A stretch of 44,778 nucleotides of DNA from Candidatus Tectimicrobiota bacterium. GTDB taxonomy: Bacteria; JACPSX01. Shown here one piece after another: positions 23,964 to 33,600 of this stretch. Numbering within the stretch: the stretch's first letter is position 1; each line of letters starts with the position of its first letter. Location: positions 1-44,778 of the forward strand of contig JACPSX010000217.1 in NCBI GenBank assembly GCA_016193065.1. The letters are read 5' to 3'. A program made the position numbers and the translations under genes. The notes below the pieces were generated by a model. The model had not been told where the DNA came from and searched no databases. It saw only the letters and a list, made by a program, of their open reading frames with translations.

Positions 23964-24829
23964 TACCTCTCCTCCCGAGTGCGGTCAGGTTTTCTGAAAA
24001 GGCTCCAGAGCACAAAACCGATGAGTCCAGCAAACAGCAACACCCACACAATTTGGGGAACGTCAACAAGCCAGGCCCCGCTCCCTCTCAAGAAGCGCAC
24101 CAGGCTCAGGTTCGCGGCCAACCCCCACGAACTCGTCATGACGAGCTGGTCGGTGACCGTCAGCCAGAGAATGTAAAAACCCATGGCCAGGAAGACTAGA
24201 GCGGTAAGCAAGTAGCCGGCGGGCACGGTGACCCGGAACGATCCCATCCCCCAGGTCACGGTTTTCCTCATCATCCCCATGCGTTTGGAAACCTCAAATC
24301 GGTCCCAGAACCAGGACAGGATGAAAAGAGGAGAAACCATGCCGAGGACGTAAGCAAAGGTGAGTACCCCGCCACCCAGAGGTGTCCCGGCCAGGGCACT
24401 CAGTGTGGCGACGCCGGCAAACACAGGAGCGCAGCAGGCGCTGGCGATCCCCGAAAAAACCCCCAGGAGGAGGATCGTAATCGGGTCATGTCCTTCCAGC
24501 ACCGGGAGGTTCACGTGAACGCTCGGGCTTTTTCCGAACAGCAGCAGCGTTCCCAGGAACACCAGGACGGTTCCTCCAGCGTAAAAGACCGGTGTATGGA
24601 ACCGCCCCAGCCACTGCCCTACCACGGCAGCGCCCAGCCCCACGGGGAGAAACACTACAAGGATCCCGATGAAAAAAATCGCCGTCAGGACCAGAACTTT
24701 GCCGCGCTCCTTGAAAATGGAGCCCCAATAGGCCGGTAGCAAAAATGTGATGCAGCAGGGAGCAAAGAGGGCAACCACGCCGGCCAGGTAAGAAGTGATC
24801 AGAGAACTGCTGAGCAGGACCGAGTCCAT
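23963..24829 (-). CDS. CcdA/DsbD-like transmembrane thiol-disulfide transfer protein with vicinal Cys pairs
   Basis: Polytopic protein with LFAPCCITFLLP in the first TM and IASACCAPVFAG in a later TM. Its stop overlaps the redoxin start (TAATG). Confidence 0.65.
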   Translation of the reverse strand: MDSVLLSSSLITSYLAGVVALFAPCCITFLLPAYWGSIFKERGKVLVLTAIFFIGILVVFLPVGLGAAVVGQWLGRFHTPVFYAGGTVLVFLGTLLLFGKSPSVHVNLPVLEGHDPITILLLGVFSGIASACCAPVFAGVATLSALAGTPLGGGVLTFAYVLGMVSPLFILSWFWDRFEVSKRMGMMRKTVTWGMGSFRVTVPAGYLLTALVFLAMGFYILWLTVTDQLVMTSSWGLAANLSLVRFLRGSGAWLVDVPQIVWVLLFAGLIGFVLWSLFRKPDRTREER

Positions 24830-24832
24830 TGC

Positions 24833-25609
24833 TCAAGCGTTCCGCACATGGCGGAACCGTAGGAGGAACCCGATGAGGAGGACTCCCACAAGGGCCAGAG
24901 CGCTAAGAGTCATGGCCGTGGACAGGCTGTATGGACCCAGGCGGTAGGTGAGCTGGTCCCCCCGGAAGGACTCAATCACAAAGCGCCCCAGAGAATAGAG
25001 GCCCGCGTACCACAGGAACAGGATCCCCTCTGCGCGCGGCTTTCGGCGCAGAAGACGCAACAGGGCAAACACAAGAAGATCCCAGGCAAACTCATAGAGC
25101 TGGGTCGGGTGTAGGGAGATCCCTTTGGGCGCCAGAGAATCCGGATCCGTAAAGGTAATCGCCCAGGGCAGGTCGGTGGGCTTGCCATAGGCATCCCCGT
25201 TGAGAAGGCAACCAATACGGCCGATCGCCTGGCCAATGATGAGAGCCGGCGCCAGTGTATCGGCCAGTTTCCAGAAGGAAAGACCGCGACGACGACAAAA
25301 CCATAACGCGCCTACAAGGCCGCCGAGGATGGCTCCTTGAATGGCCAGCCCCCCGTGCCAGACTGCAATGATCTCGAAAGGGTCGCGCAGGAAAGAGGCA
25401 AAGTCCGAGAAGAGAACATAATCAATCCGGGCCCCGGCCAGACCGAAGAGAAGCCCCCAGGAGAGAAAATCATCCATGAGAGCGGGGGATAGCTTGTTTC
25501 GTTTCGACTCGCTTCGGGCCAGCAGCCAGGCCACGAGCACCGCCGTCGCCACCAGGGCTCCATAGGACCGGATCGTGATTGGACCGACCTGAAACAGAAT
25601 CGGAAACAT
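24833..25609 (-). CDS. lgt: Prolipoprotein diacylglyceryl transferase
   Basis: MFPILFQVGPITIRSYG..., HPTQLYE, GRFVIESFRGD. The ATG at 25609 has an AAGGAGAGG RBS; the track start at 25699 is an extension. Confidence 0.9.
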   Translation of the reverse strand: MFPILFQVGPITIRSYGALVATAVLVAWLLARSESKRNKLSPALMDDFLSWGLLFGLAGARIDYVLFSDFASFLRDPFEIIAVWHGGLAIQGAILGGLVGALWFCRRRGLSFWKLADTLAPALIIGQAIGRIGCLLNGDAYGKPTDLPWAITFTDPDSLAPKGISLHPTQLYEFAWDLLVFALLRLLRRKPRAEGILFLWYAGLYSLGRFVIESFRGDQLTYRLGPYSLSTAMTLSALALVGVLLIGFLLRFRHVRNA

Positions 25610-25904
25610 TCGTTGCCTCTCCTTATGGAGTTTCCTTGAAAAGCACAATCCGTGCCACCCCACTCCTCTCCGGAACCACGGAAAATCTCCCAGAATCATA
25701 AGGCGTTACAGGCGAGCCTCCAGACAGGAAGGCCTCTCTTTCAGCCAAATTGACAAATTGGCAAAGGAAACCTTCTTGTACCTAAGTCAGCCGACTTTTT
25801 GGCAAGGACTTCACAGGAGCTGCCAGAAGAACAGCCGTTTTGAAATTCCTTGCCGAGACCCCGTGGTAAGCAAGATGGGCTAGACATCTAGGACAAATGT
25901 CTCA

Positions 25905-25940
25905 TTGTGAAAACTTCAATCGATTATTACATTGATTCTC
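25905..25940 (+). promoter_or_regulatory. Candidate promoter with an overlapping Fur-box-like site upstream of the FTR1 operon
   Basis: TTGTGA (25905..25910), 17 nt, TACATT (25928..25933). GATTATTACATTGATTCTC (25922..25940) matches the 19-nt Fur consensus GATAATGATAATCATTATC at 13/19 by my count. Confidence 0.35.
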
Positions 25941-26076
25941 AGTTTCACTAAAAGCGGTCTTTCTTCGCCGGGCAGGCTCCGAAGTTGCCGGCGCAAGAGA
26001 CCGAGGAAAGATCCGAACCGCTTTTCTGTAATTTGACCGGAGGTGTCGTGGAAACCTCACGGTTTCGAGGAGTGGG

Positions 26077-27384
26077 ATGATGAATCTCCTGTTTCACATC
26101 ACGGAAGCCCTGGTGGTCACCCTTCGAGAAGGGATTGAAGCAGCCCTGGTCATCGCGGTCCTGCTGGCCTACTTGCGGAAAACCGGCAAGGTCACTCTGA
26201 ACCGCTCCGTCTACCTGGGGCTGGGGGCCGCTCTAGCGGCCAGCATCCTGGCCGCGATTGCCGTCCGGCGTTACGGGATCGACCCGGAAAACGAACTTCT
26301 CGAAGGGATATTGATGTTCGTGGCGGCTCTCCTGGTAGGCTCTCTGGCCGCCTGGATGTGGCACGCCGGGCGGAACTTGCGACAACGGATGGAAGACCAA
26401 CTCGACTCTCTCGTGGCCTCCTCAGGGACTGGCCACTCCAGAGCCGCGCTTGGCATCTTTGTCTTTTCCTTTCTCATGGTGTTTCGGGAAGGAGTAGAGA
26501 CGGTCCTCTTTCTCGCGGCTCTCTCCGGCACCGTCGGCAGCAACCCACTTTACAACGCTCTGGGGGGAAGTCTGGGGCTCCTCTTGGCGGCAGGATTTGG
26601 CTTCCTCTTTATCCGGGGCAGCCTCCGGGTGAACCTGAGGCGGTTCTTTGGGATTACCGGGGTCGTGCTCATGATCCTGGTCGCGAAGCTCATGGCCAGC
26701 GGCTTCCATGAATTCTTCGAGGTGGGCCTGATCCCCAGCTCCCCGTTCTGGCTGCGGGTGATCGGCTTTTTCACCCGCGAGAGCAGCTCCGTCATCATCC
26801 TGATCCTCCTGATTGCCCTGCCGGGCTTGGCCCTCGCCTGGGAAGGGTGGCGTATGGCCCCGGTTGAAATGGAACCAAATGCAACCGGCGCCGAGCGTCG
26901 CAAACATCTCGCCGGGTTTCAGCGCAACCGGCGCTGGACCTTGAGCGCCGGAGCCGGAGCCCTGGCCCTGAGTTTAATCCTGGGGTCGTTTGCTGCAGTC
27001 CAGGCCACCCGCGGTTATGATCCGGAGCCCACTCGGGTAACAGCGGTGAACGGCGCCATCGCGCTGGCCTTCCCTCAGGACGACAAGATCCACAAGCACA
27101 TGGTGGATGTGGACGGAGTTCCCGTCCGCTTCTTTCTGCTGAGGCGGAAAGACGGCACCCTGGCCAGCGCCTTTGACGTTTGCTACATCTGCCCGCCCAA
27201 GGGATACATGCAGGACGGAGACCAGCTCATCTGCCGGAACTGCGACGCGCCCATTAACGTGGACACGGTGGGCCTCACCGGGGGATGCAATCCGATCCCT
27301 CTCAAGGTCGAAACGACCGGATCCCAGGTGCAGATTGCCCTGGCGGATCTGGCCACAGCCAAAGACCGCTTTGCCGGAAAGTAG
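26077..27384 (+). CDS. FTR1-family iron permease fused to a C-terminal DUF2318-like Cys-rich domain
   Basis: Two REXXE motifs (LREGIEAAL, FREGVETVLF) in a 7-TM body, one extra TM, then VRFFLLRRKDGTLASAFDVCYICPPKGYMQDGDQLICRNCDAPINVDTVGLTGGCNPIPL. Confidence 0.82.
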   Translation: MMNLLFHITEALVVTLREGIEAALVIAVLLAYLRKTGKVTLNRSVYLGLGAALAASILAAIAVRRYGIDPENELLEGILMFVAALLVGSLAAWMWHAGRNLRQRMEDQLDSLVASSGTGHSRAALGIFVFSFLMVFREGVETVLFLAALSGTVGSNPLYNALGGSLGLLLAAGFGFLFIRGSLRVNLRRFFGITGVVLMILVAKLMASGFHEFFEVGLIPSSPFWLRVIGFFTRESSSVIILILLIALPGLALAWEGWRMAPVEMEPNATGAERRKHLAGFQRNRRWTLSAGAGALALSLILGSFAAVQATRGYDPEPTRVTAVNGAIALAFPQDDKIHKHMVDVDGVPVRFFLLRRKDGTLASAFDVCYICPPKGYMQDGDQLICRNCDAPINVDTVGLTGGCNPIPLKVETTGSQVQIALADLATAKDRFAGK

Positions 27385-27388
27385 CCCG

Positions 27389-28720
27389 ATGCTCTTTCGT
27401 CTCCTGCGGAAATCCCTGCGCGGCCGCAAAGGCCGCATTGCGCTGACCACTCTCGCCGTGGCGGTTGCTGCCAGCGCGGTGTCGGTACTCCTCAATGTGA
27501 CCCTGGACATCGGCGAGAAGGTCGGCCGGGAACTGCGCGCCTATGGTGCCAACATCATCGTGTCTCCCAAGCAGGATGCCCTGGAGGTGGAAATCGGCGG
27601 CTTGCGCTACGCCGCGGCTGCCAAGGCGGCTTATCTAAACGAATCGGACCTACCGAAGCTGAAAACGATCTTCTGGGCCCACAATATCGTGGCCTTTGCT
27701 CCATTTCTTTCGGGGACCGTGGAAATCGGGAATCGCCCGGTCCTGCTGGTGGGGACCTGGTTTGACCGGGAGATTCCTCTGCCTGGCGGAATCCGCAAGT
27801 TCCGCTTTGGCACGGGCAACGTCCGGGAAGTGAAGTCCGAGGAGACCCGCTTTCGAACCGGCATCAAAGCCGTCGCTCCCTGGTGGCAACTACAGGGCCG
27901 GTGGATCGCCAATCCCACCGGTGAGGCCCTCGTGGGGTCAGCCCTGGCCAGGCGCCTCCAGGTAAATCCTGGAGACCTTCTTCCCATGAAAGTGGGCGGC
28001 CTGCAACAGTCAATGCGAATTGCCGGAATCGTTCGCACCGGTGGTGCAGAAGAGGATCAGGTGATCGTGGAACTGGCCGCCGCACAGACCCTCCTGGGTC
28101 TTCCCGGCAAGGTCGATCGAGTGCAGGTCAGCGCACTGGTCAAGCCGGACGATGCTCTGGCCTTACGGGGAAAGCGCAACCCCCAGGGCCTTCCCCCCGA
28201 GGAGTTCGAGCGCTGGTACTGCTCTCCTTACATCGACCCGATCCTTTTTCAGATCGAGGAAGCGCTCCCCGCCGCCCGGGCCAAAGCTCTGCGGCAGGTG
28301 GCAGAAGCCGAAGGAGCCTTTGTGCGCCGGATGAACCTCACGATGCTTCTCGTCACGGGTCTGGCCATGGTGATGACAGGATTCGGAGTCGCCGCCACCA
28401 TGACCACCACCGTCCTCGAGCGCCGCAGTGAAATTGGCCTCATGAAGGCTCTGGGCGCGGATCGCAGTCAGATTGCCCGCCAGTTCATCCTGGAAGCGAG
28501 CTTGTGCGGAATCGCTGGAGGAATCATCGGCGCTGCAGCCGGCGCATGGCTCTCCCGGCTCATCGGCACCCAGGTCTTCCAGGTACCGATCAACCCGACC
28601 CTGATCACTCTCCCCTTCACACTGGCTCTGGCGATGGCCGTGGCGCTTCTGGGAGCCGCCGCGCCCGCTGCACAGGCTGCCCGCCTCGATCCGGTTCACA
28701 CGCTACGGGAGACTCTCTGA
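27389..28720 (+). CDS. MacB/FtsX-like ABC transporter permease 1
   Basis: MLFRLLRKSLRGRKGRIALTTLAV..., a large extracytoplasmic loop, C-terminal FtsX helices (EIGLMKALGA). The ATG at 27389 lies just after the FTR1 stop; the track start at 27173 overlaps the FTR1 gene. Confidence 0.85.
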   Translation: MLFRLLRKSLRGRKGRIALTTLAVAVAASAVSVLLNVTLDIGEKVGRELRAYGANIIVSPKQDALEVEIGGLRYAAAAKAAYLNESDLPKLKTIFWAHNIVAFAPFLSGTVEIGNRPVLLVGTWFDREIPLPGGIRKFRFGTGNVREVKSEETRFRTGIKAVAPWWQLQGRWIANPTGEALVGSALARRLQVNPGDLLPMKVGGLQQSMRIAGIVRTGGAEEDQVIVELAAAQTLLGLPGKVDRVQVSALVKPDDALALRGKRNPQGLPPEEFERWYCSPYIDPILFQIEEALPAARAKALRQVAEAEGAFVRRMNLTMLLVTGLAMVMTGFGVAATMTTTVLERRSEIGLMKALGADRSQIARQFILEASLCGIAGGIIGAAAGAWLSRLIGTQVFQVPINPTLITLPFTLALAMAVALLGAAAPAAQAARLDPVHTLRETL

Positions 28721-29874
28721 TGGGAACGGAATTTTTCCTGCGGCTGCTGTGCAAATCCCTTCAAAACCGCGCGCAGAAGCTCCTGACCGCCGCACTGGCC
28801 GTGGCCCTGGGCGTATCTCTGGCCGCAGCAGCACTGACGATCTCCCTCGGGATGCGAACGCAAATGAGCCAATCGCTGCGGGCTTACGGCGCCAACATCC
28901 TTCTGGTTCCCCCGCTGGAGCGGGCGCAGAAAGGTGCAACCGAACTGCTCGGCACCATGCCCGGAGAGATCGTCAACCGCTTGCATGACCTGGGCTCGAA
29001 GTTGGGCCTTCTAGGGTACGCGCCGCTGCTCTACACGGTAGCCGAAGTACGGTCTCAACGGGTCGCTGTAGCCGGCATCTGGCCGGATGCCATGCGCCAG
29101 TTGAGCCCCTGGTGGCAACTGGAGGGCAAAGGGATCCCAGATCGGGCGGACACCGGGCAGAGCCTTGTCGGCATTTCGGTCGCCCGCAAGCTCGGCTTGC
29201 GCATTGGTGACACACTGACAGTAACCGCGCAGGGACGCTCGCGCACCTTTCGGGTGGCGGGAATTCTCACTAGCGGCGGATCGGAAGATGAGCAGATCTT
29301 TGTGACGCTGCGAGCGGCCCAGGAGCTGGCCAATCGGCACGGCCGGGTGAGCTTAATTCAGGTCAGTGTACTGACCGGCCAGAACCGCATTGAGAACGTC
29401 ATCCGTAACCTGGAGGCGAATCTGCCCGAGGTGATTGTGCAATCCCGACTCCAGGTGGTGCAGGCTGAAGAGCGCATCCTCTCCCGCCTCTCTTTCCTGC
29501 TCGGGCTCATTGCCGCGCTTCTAATCGGCACTTCGGCTCTGGGCGTAGCGGCCAGCATGATCACCAGCGTCCTGGAGCGGACCCGGGAGATCGGTCTCAT
29601 GAAAGCCTTGGGCGCGGGGAGTGGCCGGGTCGCCGCACTTTTCCTGGCCGAGGCAGCCTCCATTGGTCTGTTCGGCGGTGGAGCCGGCTACGCTCTGGGA
29701 GTTGGTCTGGCGCAGGTCATTGCCCGGTCTGTCTTCCAGGGAGGGGTGCCGATCACGGGAACTCCGGCTGTGGCTTCCATCCTCCTTGGCATCGGCATTG
29801 CAACAGCGGCCAGCCTGGCTCCTGTCCGCCGGGCCGTCCGCATTCAACCAGCCATCGTCTTGCGAGGTGAATAG
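28720..29874 (+). CDS. MacB/FtsX-like ABC transporter permease 2
   Basis: MGTEFFLRLLCKSLQNRAQKLL..., EIGLMKALGAG. ATGA start/stop overlap with permease 1. Confidence 0.85.
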   Translation: MGTEFFLRLLCKSLQNRAQKLLTAALAVALGVSLAAAALTISLGMRTQMSQSLRAYGANILLVPPLERAQKGATELLGTMPGEIVNRLHDLGSKLGLLGYAPLLYTVAEVRSQRVAVAGIWPDAMRQLSPWWQLEGKGIPDRADTGQSLVGISVARKLGLRIGDTLTVTAQGRSRTFRVAGILTSGGSEDEQIFVTLRAAQELANRHGRVSLIQVSVLTGQNRIENVIRNLEANLPEVIVQSRLQVVQAEERILSRLSFLLGLIAALLIGTSALGVAASMITSVLERTREIGLMKALGAGSGRVAALFLAEAASIGLFGGGAGYALGVGLAQVIARSVFQGGVPITGTPAVASILLGIGIATAASLAPVRRAVRIQPAIVLRGE

Positions 29875-29876
29875 AA

Positions 29877-30599
29877 ATGGAATCCCCGACAGTCCGCATG
29901 GAAGACGTGAGCAAAACCTATCCGGGGCCGGTGGTGGCTCTGGACCGGTTGAACATCGAGATCGCAGAGGGCGAATGGGTGGCCATCATGGGACCCTCCG
30001 GCTCGGGAAAGAGTACCTTGCTCAACCTCCTGGGGTGCCTGGACCGGCCCACCTCGGGCCGCATCGAGATTGATGGCGTGCACGTAACCCCCCTCGGGGA
30101 AAAGCAACTCACCACACTTCGACGGGAGAAGGTCGGTCTCATTTTCCAGCAGTTCCACCTGGTCCCGTATCTTTCTGCACTGGAGAATGTCATGCTCGCC
30201 CAGTATTTTCACAGCATGGCGGACGAGACGGAAGCCTGTCGGGCCCTGGAGGAAGTCGGCCTGGAGGACCGTCTTGATCACCTCCCCTCCCAGCTCTCCG
30301 GAGGCGAGCAGCAGCGGGTGTGCATTGCCCGCGCCTTGATCAACTCTCCCAAGATTCTCCTGGCGGACGAACCCACGGGGAACCTGGACGAAGGCAACGA
30401 GCAGATTGTCCTCGATATCTTCCAGCGCCTGCACACGGAGGGCCATACGATTATTATGGTTACCCATGACTCCAATGTGGGGACACTGGCGGACCGGATC
30501 GTCTTACTTGAGCACGGCCGACTCGTGACTTCACAGGTTCCGACCCGGGATCCCTTCACCGCACCAGTTCAGCCAGGAGTACCTCTTACGCCTTCTTAA
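29877..30599 (+). CDS. ABC transporter ATP-binding protein (MacB/LolD-like)
   Basis: Walker A GPSGSGKST, signature LSGGEQQR, Walker B ILLADEPTGNLD, H-loop VTHD. Confidence 0.92.
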   Translation: MESPTVRMEDVSKTYPGPVVALDRLNIEIAEGEWVAIMGPSGSGKSTLLNLLGCLDRPTSGRIEIDGVHVTPLGEKQLTTLRREKVGLIFQQFHLVPYLSALENVMLAQYFHSMADETEACRALEEVGLEDRLDHLPSQLSGGEQQRVCIARALINSPKILLADEPTGNLDEGNEQIVLDIFQRLHTEGHTIIMVTHDSNVGTLADRIVLLEHGRLVTSQVPTRDPFTAPVQPGVPLTPS

Positions 30600-30605
30600 T
30601 CCTCC

Positions 30606-33600
30606 TCAGACACGGACCAGTCTTACCCGAGTATCGTAGAAAACGGCGCTGGCTCCCACAGGGTCCGACAGACAGGTGTTTGGTAGCACCGGGTCTGTCC
30701 GCATGGCAGCGTTGGCGTGCAACCCCTTGGAACGCCGCTGGTCCCCTTTGATGGTTCGCCGGTTAATCACTACATCTTGACTCCCGTACGCCCAGTGGCC
30801 ATGGCCCAGGGAGAAGCTGACCACCCCCGGACGAATCCCCTCGATGACCTTCAGAATCCCGACCATGGGCTTCTTCCGACCGTGCTTGAGGTCCCAGATT
30901 CCCTCTGGATTCGTGGCCGAGACCACTTTCACCCGATCGCCGTCCTTGAACCCTAGCCGCTTGGCGTCCTGGGTGTTGATCAGGAACTCCCCCCCGGGCA
31001 GGAAGTTCAGGAGCCAATAGTTGCTGATAGTCCGGCTCTTGGTGTGGAACACCACCCGCTTGGTGAGTAGATGGAGGTCATACCCGATATCCTCGACCGG
31101 CCGGTCCAGGAAGTCCCGGGGCCCGGGGGTGTAATTGGCAATTCCCAGGTAGGGCTTGCCCGTCATGGCGCTCTTCGTCGTGGCGGTCTTCTCCTGATAG
31201 AGATTGATGAGGGCGCCGTACTTGTTTCTCAACTGCTCTCCATCGTACGCCCTGGCAAAGTCCTCGAACCGGCCGCCCCGGCTGAGGACGGTGATCACCC
31301 TCCGCCACCATTTATCCCCGACGACCCAAGCCCAGCGGTCGGCATCAAAAACCGTCTTCGGCAGGTGCCGCCTGGACTTCAAGAAGAGTTCCACCTCCCG
31401 GTCATCCGCATCCGGCACAGCGTCGGAGCCATCGGCTTTCTCCCCGGCGGCCACGTTGGCCACCATCCGGAGATAGAAATCCTCGGGGCGCAGGAAGTCC
31501 TGACCCGGCCCGAAGCCGTCCTTGCCGAACCCCGGCAGACCCAGCTTCTCCGCGATTCCCAGGAGCAGCGCCTCCAGTGTGCAAGGCATCTCCTGGCCGA
31601 AGACCCGGACCGTTTCCGTCAGGGGCGCGATGACCGGCTGGCGGATCGGCTGGACTTTCCAGGGAATCGATGGATGGGTCCCTGCGAACTCCCACCGCTC
31701 CAGGTAGGTGCAGTCGGGGAAAATATAGTCGGCGTACATGGAGGTCTCGCCGATGATGATGTCGTTGGCCACCACCAGTGGGACCTTGGCGGGGTCCGCC
31801 AGGACCTCGATGTTCGTGTGGCCAGCCGGCAGGGAGTACACCGGCGTCCCCATGTAGAGGAGGAGTGCCTTGATCGGATACGGGTACGCGTCTCCCGCGG
31901 ACGGGACGATCTCCTGGTAAATATCGCTGGCCAGGGGATACCACTGACGCTTGGCCGGGTAGCCGGAAAAGAGGGTGGTGTCTTCGTACTTGTCGCCATC
32001 CCGGATGATGCTGACGCCGAAGGCCGTTGTCTTCCCTGGATGCAGCTTCCCCAGGGGGAATGGCTGCCCTGCCTTGCCGCCCCCGGCATCGTATGCTGCC
32101 CCACCAACCATGCCCCCTTTCCAGTCAAAGCTCCCGATGAGCAGGGGGAGAGCAAACCAGGCCGTGCAGTTATATAGGCCGTTGGTGTGCTGTGAGACGC
32201 CGCGGTGAATGTCCACAGCCGCTTTCTTCCCATGGCTTGTGAACTCCCGGGCAATCTCCTCCAGGTCGGAAGCCTTGAGCCCGGCCAGCTCCGCCCACTC
32301 CTCCACCGTCCGCGCCGCGGCTTGCTCATAGAGGAGCTGGAAGGCGCTCTTCACCCGAATGCCGGCCACTTCCGCGCTCACCTGGAGGTCGCCCTCTACG
32401 GGGTTCTTGGCATCGTTCGGGTCAAAGGGGACCAGACGGCCGCCCAGCGAGATCACGAAGGGGTCGAACTCATAGGTCCCCTTGCCGTCGCTGGTGGGCC
32501 GCCTCTCCTTGGGAGCGATCCCAGCCTCTGAGGCCCGCAGGAATTTCCCTGGAGTGCCGTCCTTTTCCATCTTCACCAGCCAGGCGGCGTTGCACGACGT
32601 GGGCTCCTTGTCGGCAGCGGCAGCGGCCTTGTTCGCGTTTCGCAAATACCGCTCATCGTAGCGCCGGTTGTCGATGATCCAGCGGATGAGGGCCAAAGCT
32701 GCCGCTGCGTCGGTCCCGGGCTGGTTGGGGAGCCACTTCCAGGCCATGGTGCCGGACGTCCGGTTCAAGACCGGATCGATGACAACGTACTTCAATCGCC
32801 CCGAGGACACACCTTCGGTGATCCGCTGAGCGCGCAGTGTCGGGCCCTGGCTGGCCTCGAAGGGGTTCACGCCGACAAAGATGATAAACTCGGCGGACTG
32901 CTGGTCCGCCTGCCAGAAAAACTTCTTGCCCCCGGTCCACTTGCCATCCAGATACTGCTCGCTCATGGCTTTGCCGGTGAAGTACAGGGACCCCTGGCAG
33001 ACAGTGGTGTGGCCATGGGCATTCCGGGAGCCGAAGGCATCCACGGCGAAGCGGCGGATCAGGTCGCCCCGCCCGCCTTTGAGCCGCCCCCACACGAAAG
33101 CGAACTGGTTGTTCTTGGGGCCCAGGTCAGGATGGTTCGGATCGATGAGGAGGTGGAGCTGCTCCCGGTGCTTCGCCTTGAATTCCTCGACCGCCTGTCT
33201 TTTTTCCGCCGGGGTCTTCTTGGCCATGATGGCTTTGACCTCACCGGTCAGGGCGTTGGCCAGCTTGGGGTCGCGCAGTGCCCAGATTTCCTTCAGCCCC
33301 CCGACCTTCCGGTTCTCCTCGCCCGGAACGTGCCGGAAGAGGGTGCCGCCCTCGACAATCTCGGCAATCGCCTGCTGGAAGGGAATTGTCATCCACTTGT
33401 TCTCGCCCCGTTTCCCGGCCCGCTTGAGGACTTTGACGATCCGGTAGGGATCGTAGGCCGCCTGGATCCCGGCCTGACCCTTGGGGCAGAGGCGGGCATC
33501 TACAGCCGCTGTCTCAAAAGGGGAGGTGCGATACGGGACGTGAGGATCCAGGTTCCAGGGGCTGAAAGGGTTGCCGTCCACCTTCACCAACACCCCGCCC

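Noticed and set aside
31071-32177. 368-aa plus-strand ORF and several 100-240-aa ORFs in both strands inside the molybdoenzyme gene
   Set aside because: They are nested in or antisense to a continuous 1081-aa ORF that has a Tat leader and an Fe-S motif. Their composition is typical of off-frame GC-rich translation.
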